A stretch of DNA of 64,000 nt from Flavobacteriales bacterium (GTDB lineage: Bacteria; Bacteroidota; Bacteroidia; Flavobacteriales_F; PHOS-HE28), in the NCBI GenBank assembly GCA_016717305.1, contig JADKFY010000041.1, positions 878 to 64,877 on the forward strand, given 5' to 3'. This document shows positions 1-9,411 of this stretch, one piece after another. How positions within the stretch are numbered: position 1 is the first letter of the stretch; each line of letters opens with the position of its first letter. Position numbers and translations under genes: made by a program. The notes under the pieces were generated by a model that worked only from the letters and a program-made list of their open reading frames with translations, had not been told where the DNA came from and searched no databases.

Positions 1-1
1 C

Positions 2-166
2 TACTTCGTGGATCCGCGCGGCCAGATCTTCGCACAAGCATCACGCGATGACGATGAATTGCTGATCGCGGAGTTCGACCTGGACATGATCGAGGAGGTG
101 CGTAGCACTTGGCAGTTCTTCCGGGATAGGCGGCCGGAGACGTATGGTAGGTTGGTTGAGCTCTAG
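2..166 (+). CDS. Carbon-nitrogen hydrolase (nitrilase superfamily, beta-ureidopropionase-like), C-terminal fragment; 5' end outside window
   Basis: In-frame translation YFVDPRGQIFAQASRDDDELLIAEFDLDMIEEVRSTWQFFRDRRPETYGRLVEL* matches the conserved C-terminus of CN-hydrolases. Genomic context is a pyrimidine reductive catabolism cluster. Confidence 0.55.
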   Translation, partial: YFVDPRGQIFAQASRDDDELLIAEFDLDMIEEVRSTWQFFRDRRPETYGRLVEL

Positions 167-303
167 CGCACAAGGTCGGCGCGCGTTGTCGGTTGTTGGT
201 TTGGACCGTCGCACAACGCCAGCGCACCCCATGAACCCGCCGAACGCGCGTGGCCTGCGCGACAGATGAACCAACAACAGACAACCGAAAACTGAGCAGC
301 CCA

Positions 304-1621
304 ATGGCAGAATACAAGAAACCAACCACCGAAGCCGAGTTCGCCAAGAACTTCCACCGAAGAAGCCGTTGATGACGGACACGGAAGCCTACTACGAGCT
401 CCCGCTGCCTTTACTGCTACGATGCGCCGTGCATCAACGCGTGCCCCACCGGGATCGATATTCCGCAGTTCATTCGGCAGATCAACAGCGACAACAAGGA
501 CGGTGCCGCCAAGACGATCTACGACAGCAACTGGATGGGATATGCGTGCGAGCAGGTGTGCCCTACGGAAGAGCCCTGCGAAGGAGCCTGCGTGTACAAC
601 CACAGCGACGTGAAGCCGATCGAGATCGGGCGCTTGCAGGCACATGCGACTGAGAAGGTGATCCGCACGAAGAAGAAATTGTTCCGAACGGGCAAGGACA
701 CCGGAAAGAAGGTGGCGGTGATCGGGGCCGGACCGGCGGGGGTCTCGGCGGCTTGCGAGCTACGGATGCTCGGTCATGCGGTGGACGTCTTCGAAGCGAA
801 GGCCAAGCCTAGCGGACTGTGCGTCTATGGTGTTGCACCGTACAAGCTCACCAACGACCAAGCGCTGGACGAGATCGGCTACCTACAAGATCAGTTCGGT
901 TTCAACGTACACTACAACAAACCCGTGAGCGGCCGCGCCGACTTCGATAAGCTGGAGAAGGACAACGACGCGATCTTCATCGGTGTGGGTCTGGGTGCCA
1001 CGTCATCATTGGGTATTCCTGGTGAGGACAAGAAAGGCGTGATCGGCGCACTTGAGTTCGTGGAGTACTTGCGCGAGCATCACCACGAAACGCCGATCGC
1101 GAAGCGAGTGATCGTTCTAGGTGGCGGGAACACAGCTATGGATGCAGCGAGCGAAGCCTGTCGGATGGGCGTGGAAAGCGTAACGATCGCCTACCGCCGC
1201 GGACCTGAGGAAATGGGCGCGTACAGCTTCGAATACGACCTGGCGAAGAAGAGTGGTGCCAGATGCTGTTCCATGTTTCGCCCATTGAAGTGGTCGGTGA
1301 TAAGGAAGTGGAAGGCGTGAAGTTCATCCGCACCGAATTGGTGAACGGAAGCTCAGAACATTGCAGGTAGCGAATTCGTCGAGCCATGCGAAGGCGTGTT
1401 GCTCGGGACCGGCCAAGGCAAGCCAGACCACGTTCCTTGAAGCGTTGAAGGAAGTGAAGCTGGATGCGAAGGGCCGGATCACGGTGAATGAGAACTACCA
1501 GACCAGTAACCCGAAATGCTTCGCTGCCGGTGATGCAATGAATGGTGGGGTAGAAGTGGTGAACGCGGCTGCAGAAGCGAAGAGGGCCGCACACGGAATC
1601 GATCGATACTTGAAGAAATAG
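304..1621 (+). pseudogene. preT: NAD(P)-dependent dihydropyrimidine dehydrogenase subunit PreT / GltD-like oxidoreductase, interrupted by about 5 frameshifts
   Basis: Pieces in three frames together span a PreT-like protein. They are MAEYKKPTTEAEFAKNFH (from 304); MTDTEAYYE (369 frame); ...CYDAPCINACPTGIDIPQF...VAVIGAGPAGVSAACEL... (535..~1262); MLFHVSPIEVVGDKEVEGVKFIRTELVNG (1263-1370); EAQNIAGSEFVEPCEGVLLGTGQGKPDHVP (1348-1440); and ...FAAGDAMNGGVEVVNAAAEAKRAAHGIDRYLKK (to 1621). A 4Fe-4S motif and a Rossmann GxGxxG are visible. Confidence 0.7.
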
Positions 1622-1624
1622 GCC

Positions 1625-2974
1625 ATGGCAGATCTGAGAACGAACCTCGCCGGTATCAAAAGCCCGAACCCATTTTGGCTGGCTTCAGCTCCGCCTACGA
1701 ACAGCGGCTACCAGATCATGAAAGCCTTCGATGCGGGCTGGGGAGGTGCCGTGTGGAAGACCCTCGGCGTACCCGTGGTGAACGTGAGCAGCCGCTACGG
1801 CGCATTGAACTACCGTGATAATCGCATGGTCGGCTTCAACAACATCGAGCTGATCACAGACCGCCCACTCGCAGACAACCTCCGGGAGATCTCCGAAGTG
1901 AAGAAGCGCTTCCCGGATCATGCTGTGATCGCGTCTTTGATGGTGGAGAACCGTGAGGAATGGCACAACATTGTACGGGATGTGGAGAACGCCGGCGCAG
2001 ATGGAATCGAGCTGAACTTTGGTTGTCCGCATGGAATGTGCGAGCGCGGTATGGGCAGTGCCGTCGGCCAGGAACCCAAAGTGTTGCAGATGATCGTGGA
2101 ATGGGTGAAGGAGGTTGCCAAGATCCCCGTGATCACGAAGCTCACGCCGAACATCTCGGATATCACCCGACCTGCACGTGCAGCGAGAGCGGGTGGTAGC
2201 GATGCGATCTCGTTGATCAACACGATCCAAAGTGTGATCGGTGTCGACCTCGATACGTTCGTGCCAATGCCGAACGTGGATGGTAAAAGCACCAACGGTG
2301 GTTATTGTGGCCCAGCCGTGAAGCCGATCGCCTTGAACATGCTCAAGAACTGCGCGCAGGATAAGCAAGTGGGCATCCCTATCAGTGGCATCGGTGGCGT
2401 GGAGAACTGGCGCGATGCAGCTGAATTCATTCTGCTCGGCGCGACCTCCGTGCAGGTGTGCACTGCCGTCATGCATTACGGCTTCGGTATCATTCGGGAC
2501 CTGAAGAGCGGCCTGGAGCGGTACATGGACGAGAAGGGCTTCAAGACCATCGAGGACTTCCGTGGCAAGGCGCTGCCGAACATCGTGCATTGGGAAGACC
2601 TCAACCTGAAGTACAAGGTCGTCGCAGAGATCAACCCCGACAAGTGCATCGGCTGCCAACTCTGCTACACCGCCTGCGAGGACGGCGCGCACCAAGCCAT
2701 CGGACTATCCAGCGATCCATTGATCCGCGTACCGAGCATCATTGAAGAGAACTGCGTTGGCTGCAACCTGTGTTCCATCGTTTGCCCGGTGGAAGATTGC
2801 ATCACCATGGAACGTCGCGATGATGGCAAAGAGCAAGTCACATGGGCTGATCGCACCCGCGATGGGAACATCCCGAAGACCTTCGATGACGAACTCGCTG
2901 GTGGGCGTCACCATTGGGTGCCGGAACCTGCGGCGGCGTTGGTGACGAAGAAGCCGAGACATTACAGGGGATAG
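1625..2974 (+). CDS. preA: Dihydropyrimidine dehydrogenase subunit PreA (DHOD-like TIM barrel with C-terminal 2x[4Fe-4S] ferredoxin domain)
   Basis: Intact 449-aa ORF with a DHOD/DHPD fold and a C-terminal CIGCQLCYTACEDGA...CVGCNLCSIVCPVEDC double ferredoxin motif. It starts 4 bp after preT. Confidence 0.85.
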   Translation: MADLRTNLAGIKSPNPFWLASAPPTNSGYQIMKAFDAGWGGAVWKTLGVPVVNVSSRYGALNYRDNRMVGFNNIELITDRPLADNLREISEVKKRFPDHAVIASLMVENREEWHNIVRDVENAGADGIELNFGCPHGMCERGMGSAVGQEPKVLQMIVEWVKEVAKIPVITKLTPNISDITRPARAARAGGSDAISLINTIQSVIGVDLDTFVPMPNVDGKSTNGGYCGPAVKPIALNMLKNCAQDKQVGIPISGIGGVENWRDAAEFILLGATSVQVCTAVMHYGFGIIRDLKSGLERYMDEKGFKTIEDFRGKALPNIVHWEDLNLKYKVVAEINPDKCIGCQLCYTACEDGAHQAIGLSSDPLIRVPSIIEENCVGCNLCSIVCPVEDCITMERRDDGKEQVTWADRTRDGNIPKTFDDELAGGRHHWVPEPAAALVTKKPRHYRG

Positions 2975-2991
2975 AAAGATCCTTCTTGGGC

Positions 2992-3290
2992 ATGGATAAG
3001 AAAGTGATCACGGAGCAGGTCAACGATATTCTGGATGAGTGGGACCCGATCGGAGCGAACCACTTTCAGGGGATGCGAGGTAATGAGTACATCATGCATG
3101 TGCCTCGTGTCATTGGAAATTATCTTTCTGCCATTCCTACATATCACTTTACGCTCTGCAGGTGGAGTTGATCGACAACTCGAGTAAAGAGATGATCGTT
3201 GCAACTCAGCAAGCGGCTCGTGCGATTGATACTCTCATGAATAGCTGCGAGAAGGCAGAGTTGCGTAGGCTCTTTAACTGATACTGAAGC
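2992..3290 (+). CDS. Small hypothetical protein (MDKKVITEQVNDILDEWDPIG...), possibly frameshifted near 3160
   Basis: ORF 2914..3171 with an internal ATG at 2992. A second frame continues VELIDNSSKEMIVATQQAARAIDTLMNSCEKAELRRLFN* to 3290. No recognisable family. Confidence 0.25.
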
Positions 3291-3299
3291 AGTCGAGGT

Positions 3300-3740
3300 A
3301 TGATGCCATTGGACCCACATATGCAAGCCGCCATCGACGAAGCCCGCTTGGGCCGTTCACAAGGTGGCATTCCCATAGGATCGGTGCTGGTGCGCGACGG
3401 CAAGGTCATCGCCCGTGGGCACAACAAGCGTGTGCAGGAGAAGAACCCCATCCTGCACGGCGAGATGGACTGCCTGAACAACGCGGGCCGCATCGGTAGC
3501 TACAAAGGCACCACGATCTACTCCACGCTAATGCCCTGCTACATGTGCGCGGGCACCATCGTGCAGTTCAAGATCAAGAAGGTGATAGTGGGTGAGAGCC
3601 GGACCTTCCCCGGTGCCAAGGAATTCATGTTGAGCCACGGCGTGGAGGTGATCGACCTGGATCTGCCGGAGTGCGTGGAGATGATGGAGGAATTCATCGC
3701 TGCCGAGCCAGAGTTGTGGAACGAGGATATTGGGGAGTGA
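3300..3740 (+). CDS. Cytosine deaminase, yeast Fcy1-type (CDA-fold zinc deaminase)
   Basis: 146 aa with HGEMDCL...PCYMCAGT zinc-binding motifs. The C-terminus FIAAEPELWNEDIGE matches the yeast Fcy1 terminus (...WFEDIGE). Confidence 0.8.
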   Translation: MMPLDPHMQAAIDEARLGRSQGGIPIGSVLVRDGKVIARGHNKRVQEKNPILHGEMDCLNNAGRIGSYKGTTIYSTLMPCYMCAGTIVQFKIKKVIVGESRTFPGAKEFMLSHGVEVIDLDLPECVEMMEEFIAAEPELWNEDIGE

Positions 3741-3838
3741 TCAACTACCCACAAAGGGGGATAAATGGATAATTCCTTCCTCCAAATGGGTTTTCGGATC
3801 CAGGGCCGGGATATCTTCGTTACAAATCAACAGAAACC

Positions 3839-4912
3839 ATGAAGCACAGATACAATTTCGTCCTGGCCGCAATGGTTGTAGCAAGTGTTGCGCAAGCACA
3901 GCCGGGGCCTTTCTTGCAGGCAGACCTTCAGTTCGCAACGATCGTTTGTTCTGACACATTGTATTCCTTGGCCGGACAGCAAACCGGAATGGGAGACGTG
4001 GATGATCTGGATGTGTCCAACCATGGTTGCCAAGTAGGTAACGAGCGACAATCCGCGTGGATGCACTTCTCGGCGGCTACTGGCGGAACGATCGGTTTTA
4101 CGATCCAACCTACGATTACAGCAAGTGATTACGATTTTGCAGTATGGGGCCCTTTTTCCGACGTTCCACAGAGTTTGACTTCCGTTCCAGTGCGTTGCTC
4201 TTACGCAGCAGGCACCGGTGGAACTGGACTTAACTCCTCATCATCGGACTTGAGTGAAGGGGCAGGAGGCGATCGATTCGTGCGGAGCCTTGACGTTCTT
4301 TCTGGTGAGCGATATGTGCTCTTGGTCAACAACTTTTCCCAGAACGGCATCGACTTCACCTTGGTCTGGGACTTGCAAGATGGCGCTACGTTGGAATGCC
4401 TGCCGCCAACTGAAGCCGCTTTTTCAATTTCCGAAAACCTCATTCAACCCGGTGGTACAGTGGATCTAGTTGACCTCTCCACGAACTTCCCTTACGCTTG
4501 GGTTTGGGACCTTCCCGGTGGTTCGCCTGCAACGAGCTACGATCAGAACCCGCAAGGTGTGATGTATGCCGATCCGGGTTGTTATGATGTCAGCCTCACT
4601 GCGTACAATGCGGCTGGAGAAAGCACATTGTCAGCGGTTTGCCTAGTTCAGGTGGAATCGACCACTGGTCTGAGAGCGAGCGATCAGGACCATTTTCAGA
4701 TCACACGCCAAGGTGAGCACTGGGTGATCATCCCAACTTCGAATGCGCGATACGCAGCCCGACTGTTGGATGCTACCGGGCGCATTATTCAACAGATCCG
4801 TTCACGCGGGATCATTGAATTGGTAACCACCGATCTTCCGGTAGGAGCCTATTTGGTGGTCATCGAAGATCCATCGACCAGGATCGTTCGGCGCTTGGTA
4901 AAAGTGGAGTGA
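3839..4912 (+). CDS. Secreted protein with PKD-like domain and T9SS type-A C-terminal sorting domain
   Basis: Signal peptide MKHRYNFVLAAMVVASVAQAQ. Internal PKD-like segment. C-terminal ...GAYLVVIEDPSTRIVRRLVKVE resembles the Por_Secre_tail beta-strand pattern. Confidence 0.6.
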   Translation: MKHRYNFVLAAMVVASVAQAQPGPFLQADLQFATIVCSDTLYSLAGQQTGMGDVDDLDVSNHGCQVGNERQSAWMHFSAATGGTIGFTIQPTITASDYDFAVWGPFSDVPQSLTSVPVRCSYAAGTGGTGLNSSSSDLSEGAGGDRFVRSLDVLSGERYVLLVNNFSQNGIDFTLVWDLQDGATLECLPPTEAAFSISENLIQPGGTVDLVDLSTNFPYAWVWDLPGGSPATSYDQNPQGVMYADPGCYDVSLTAYNAAGESTLSAVCLVQVESTTGLRASDQDHFQITRQGEHWVIIPTSNARYAARLLDATGRIIQQIRSRGIIELVTTDLPVGAYLVVIEDPSTRIVRRLVKVE

Positions 4913-4982
4913 GAAGGATCTCAAATGAACGATCACCCGTACTAAGCTCGCAGAACAAGATGACGACGCGGGGAGAGTACTA

Positions 4983-5766
4983 TTACTCCCGTTCCAGCTT
5001 CAAGATCGAGGTGTGCAGAATGGTTCCGGCTACCTCTGCACGTACTAGATAGATCCCGGAAGACAGGGCGGATAGTGGCAACACCACCGCGTTCACGCCA
5101 TCGCCAACAGCCTGCCCTGTGGTGTGTACAACGCGACCTTGCACATCATGTACTGAAATGTTGACCCAACCATCCGCAACCCCGGTAACGCTGATCTTAG
5201 TGGCATCCACGAAAGGGTTTGGATATGCATGTAATGTGGCATCGGCATCCCTGAAAAAGGCCGTGATGGTACCGTTCATGGCAAACGAACGTTGAATGAC
5301 TTCCGAGGTGGAGGTGAATTGCTCCTCAGCGTATTCCCAATGATCGAAGATGAATCCCTCTTCAGCGAATGCGGATAGATCGATCGCGTTGCCATTGAAG
5401 TAAGTGCCTGTAAATGGGAGTTCCGGTTGCAAGCTGTTCAAGTGGATAGTACCTGCCCCTTCCGGGAATGCCGCGAATCGAAGTTCGGCCATGTTCGGAA
5501 GATCGTACCATTCCAAAACATCTTCACGCACAAGGTCCTGTCGTACCTCAGCGAACTGCGGAATGATCGTATATGCATGTTCTTGCCAATACCACTGGTC
5601 GCAGTTCCAACGCGCATAATGGCGCTCCATCTCTGGCGCTAGGAGTGACGTTCTTGGAACAAACCTCGCTGATCATAAGCTGTGCCTTTACATCGAACAC
5701 GCCGTAAACCATCACAGTGATGATCGCCTTTAGAAGCAACGCTCGGTATGGGTGTGGCTGGGACAT
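4983..5766 (-). pseudogene. Remnant of a CotH-like / T9SS type-A CTD protein (two overlapping frames)
   Basis: ORF 5548..5766 encodes an N-terminal piece (…VFDVKAQLMISEVCSKN…). ORF 4983..5630, in another frame, encodes a C-terminal piece ending with a T9SS-type CTD (…GIYLVRAEVAGTILHTSILKLERE). The combined length is far shorter than intact homologues. Confidence 0.4.
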
Positions 5767-5925
5767 GGATCCGTACCGCTAGACGTACAAATGTACCGGT
5801 ACGCTGTCCACAGCCTGTGCGAATTGTTGTGGTTCCGAGGGACGGGGTTGATCGGCACCTTACCGGCAACAATACGCTCTAAAACCGTCTTTGGAAGAGA
5901 TCGTCCAACACAGGTAGATCCCGCT

Positions 5926-7635
5926 TTAGATCCTCGCCTGATACGTGTACAGATCGAAATAGCGGCCTTCTTTCGCGATCAATTCATGGTGCGTGCCGCG
6001 TTCAGCGATCTTGCCATGTTCGATCACGAGGATCTCCGTGGCTTGCCGAATGGTGCTCAAACGGTGTGCGATCACAAAGGTGGTCCGGTCCTTCACTAGC
6101 TCGTTCAAACTTTTCTGGATCAAGGCTTCGCTCTCGGTGTCCAAGTTGCTGGTGGCTTCGTCCAAGATCAAGATCCGCGGATCAGCAAGCATGGCACGGG
6201 CGATCGCTACGCGCTGACGTTGGCCACCGCTCAATTTCACCCCGCGCTCGCCGATCACCGTGTCCAAGCCCAATTCGAAACGGTCCGTGAATTCATGTAC
6301 ATACGCTCCTTCAACCGCTTTGCGCAGTTGCTCTTCATTTGCATCCGGGCGTGGAAAGAGAATGTTCTCGCGGATCGTTCCTTCAAAAAGGAAGTCGTCC
6401 TGCAACACAACACCGAGGTGCTTTCGGTAGCTTGCTAATTGGATCTTACTAAGGTCCTGACCATCGATGGTGATCGTTCCAGTGGTAGGTGTAAGGAAGG
6501 TTGCCGCAAGACTGGCGATCGTGCTTTTGCCTGATCCCGAAGTGCCCACCAAGGCGATCACACTGCCTCTATTCGCATTGAAGCTGATGCCATGTAGTAC
6601 GGGCTTGCCTTCTTCATACTCGAAGGTCACGTCCTTGAAGGCAATGTCGCCATGCATCTTCTCCAGCACCACCGGCCGTTGGTCCGGATGGTCCTCCGGA
6701 TCCATGTTCATGATCTCCTCGGTACGGTCCAGCCCTGCGAAGGCCTCGGTGAATTGACTACCGATGTTGCTCATTTGCACGATCGGCGCGATCATGAAGC
6801 CAAGCAATACCGTGAATTGAAGGAAATCTCCGGTGGTCAGTTTATCGTCCACCATCATTGTAGCGCCGATCCCCATGATCCCTGCACTTGCCAAGCCGAG
6901 CAGCAAGGTGGACATACTGCTGATAAAGGAAGTGGCCGTGAGGCTTGTCTTCACATTCTCGAACAAACGTTCCACGCCCAGCTCGAAAGCCTTGTTCTCT
7001 TGTTCTTCCGCACCGAATCCCTTGATCACCCGCACACCATTCAAGGTTTCCGTTAGTCGCCCGGTCACTTCGGCATTGATCACGCCACGTGTACGGAACA
7101 CGGGCCGGATCCGCGCGAATGCCTTCATGGCCAAGAATGCGAAGATGCCTACAGGTACCAAGGTGAAGAGCGTCATCCACGGACTGATATGGATCAACCA
7201 GATCAGTGATGCCACAGCCGTAAGGATGCCGCCGACCAGTTGGACCAGCCCTGTGCCAACGAGGTTCCTCACGCCTTCCACATCCGTCATGATCCGGCTC
7301 ACCAGAGCACCGCTCTTCGTATTGTCGAAGAACCCGATCGGTAGTGAAAGTATCTTGCGTTGTACTTGGGTTCGAAGTTGACTGATCAAGTGTTGGGCCT
7401 CCACGCTGAGCAATTGGGTAAGTACATAGCTCGTAACACTTTGTACGATCAACGCGACCACCACCGCGATCAGCAGGATCTTGAGCATGCCCAAGTCGTG
7501 GTTCGCGACCACATCGTCCATCAAGTATTTCGTGGAACCGGGAAGTACCAGTCCCGCAGCTCTGCTCACGATGATCAGCAACAATCCGATGAACACGTGC
7601 TTGCGTCTCGGCCAAATGAACTGACGGAACGCCAT
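5926..7635 (-). CDS. ABC transporter, fused permease/ATP-binding protein (MsbA-like exporter)
   Basis: Six-TM N-domain, Walker A GTSGSGKST, LSGGQRQR signature and Walker B ILILDEAT. The maximal ORF extends to 7794, but its charged N-extension is not typical. The likely start is M54 at 7635 (MAFRQFIW...). Confidence 0.85.
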   Translation of the reverse strand: MAFRQFIWPRRKHVFIGLLLIIVSRAAGLVLPGSTKYLMDDVVANHDLGMLKILLIAVVVALIVQSVTSYVLTQLLSVEAQHLISQLRTQVQRKILSLPIGFFDNTKSGALVSRIMTDVEGVRNLVGTGLVQLVGGILTAVASLIWLIHISPWMTLFTLVPVGIFAFLAMKAFARIRPVFRTRGVINAEVTGRLTETLNGVRVIKGFGAEEQENKAFELGVERLFENVKTSLTATSFISSMSTLLLGLASAGIMGIGATMMVDDKLTTGDFLQFTVLLGFMIAPIVQMSNIGSQFTEAFAGLDRTEEIMNMDPEDHPDQRPVVLEKMHGDIAFKDVTFEYEEGKPVLHGISFNANRGSVIALVGTSGSGKSTIASLAATFLTPTTGTITIDGQDLSKIQLASYRKHLGVVLQDDFLFEGTIRENILFPRPDANEEQLRKAVEGAYVHEFTDRFELGLDTVIGERGVKLSGGQRQRVAIARAMLADPRILILDEATSNLDTESEALIQKSLNELVKDRTTFVIAHRLSTIRQATEILVIEHGKIAERGTHHELIAKEGRYFDLYTYQARI

Positions 7636-8049
7636 GCCCCATGTCACGCGGGATCTGGCTTTGGGAAGTTCGCCAGCAGCAGCTCGCATTTTGGCTCTAG
7701 GCCCGTTCATGCTGCGTTCAGCACGCGATGTGGACAATGGTCTTGCACTCAAATCAGTTGGTTTGGATGGTGCGCTGGGCAAGAGACGGGCCACACTTGG
7801 AAGTCGGTCGGATCGTCAGTTGTAGCGGCTGAGTGTTATAGGAATTGATCTTGGTCCAGATCCGTAGCGATGCCGAACGGCTCCGATGATCTTGCTTTCC
7901 GGCTTTGTCTTCTCACAGATCCCTGTATATTTCAAATCCTGTAACTACGCAAATCCCACTCTCCAACCATGGATGCGCACTTTAAGACACCGGCCATTTT
8001 ACGTATTTCCCGTTCAGGGAATTCTCATGCTCTCGTTAATGATCCAGTC

Positions 8050-9389
8050 ATGGGTCAAGACCATAAGAGCAAGTTGATCTGTCTCGGGCTCTGCGTCTTG
8101 CTCACCGCTTGCGCTGTGGACCCAGCGACAGTGGTGAACAAGCACGCAGCAGAGGATCTGCGCCGTGCTGATCGACATTTGTTGGAAGTGGTGATGGAGG
8201 ATGTCTTCAGCCCACCAGTGGCATCGCGAGTATACATGTATCCGCATATCGCGCATTATGTGACCCTTCACCAGTTCTTCCCGGATAGTTTGCCCGACCT
8301 GGCAGGTAGTTTGAAAGATTGGCCCGGTCCAGCACCCGCTGCCGAACCGAATGCGGATCCAGAGCTGGCCGCTTTGCTCGCCTTCTGCGCGGTGGGCCGA
8401 TCACTCGTGTTCACTGAAGCTGCCATGGACTCACTTTCCGAAATGTTCGTTTTGGAGGCGCAGGACCGAGGACTTTCCAAGGAACGGATCCAAGCATCCC
8501 GGCGAACTGCCAGTTCTGTAGCCGCCCACATGAAACCTTGGATGGCGGAGGATGGCTATGTCCGGACACGATCTTGGATCGTTTTACGAGCAGTATTGAG
8601 CCTGGCCATTGGATCGAAACTTCACCCGATTATAGTGGAGCGCTAGAGTCGCATTGGAAGGAAATGCGTCCACTTCTGATCCCTAGTGCTTCGTTCTATG
8701 AGGTGCCGCCACTACCAACGTATTCCACCGATACGGGATCCGTGTTCCACAAAATGGTCATGGAGGTCTACAATGCTTCGAAACAACTGAGCGATAGTAC
8801 CCGGAGCATGGCTTTGTACTGGGATGACAACCCGAATATCTCGACCCACCGTGGTCATTTGGTGACCATGGAACATCGGATCTCGCCTCCCGGCCATTGG
8901 TTGAACATCGTAAGCACGGTTAGCCGTGCCGAGAAAGCCGATCTATACACTACGACCAAGGCTTACACATTGGCATCGATCGCGATGTACGATGGCGGTA
9001 TCGCATGTTGGCACGAAAAGTTCAGGACCGACCTCGTACGACCGATCACTTACATCCAAGAGTACGTTCAACCAGATTGGAGCACCTTGATCCAAACCCC
9101 ACCTTTCCCCGAGTTCCCGAGCGGACATAGTGTTACTTCCGCAGCCGCCGCAACGGTGTTGAGCGGTATATTCGGTGAGGATCATTCGTTCGTCGATTCA
9201 ACAGAAGTGCTGTTCGGTCAAGGTGTCCGCCGGTTCAATAGTTTTCAGGATGCCGCATGGGAAGTGAGCCTCAGTCGCTTCTATGGCGGGATCCATTACA
9301 TGTCCAGCATAAGAGAAGGAAACTCACAGGGCAAGGCCGTGGGTCGTGTTGTTCTGGAACGGATCAACGGCACTGACCATGGGAAGTAG
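8050..9389 (+). pseudogene. PAP2 / vanadium-haloperoxidase-like lipoprotein, split by a frameshift near 8540-8640
   Basis: ORFs 7969..8646 and 8538..9389 overlap in different frames. Lipobox LLTAC after MGQDHKSKLICLGLCV. C-terminal PAP2 motifs PSGHSVTSAAAATVL ... SRFYGGIHYMSSIREG. Confidence 0.6.
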
Positions 9390-9411
9390 GAAGTGTGAAT
9401 TGGTTGTTGGG

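Noticed and set aside
369-653. 94-aa ORF overlapping the preT 5' region
   Set aside because: Only its first about 12 codons (MTDTEAYYE…) belong to preT. The remainder is an out-of-frame read of the preT ferredoxin region. It is treated as part of the frameshifted preT.
6842-7642. 266-aa minus-strand and several plus-strand ORFs inside the ABC transporter gene
   Set aside because: Alternative-frame or antisense ORFs with low-complexity Arg/Gly-rich translations. The transporter frame carries Walker/ABC signature motifs.
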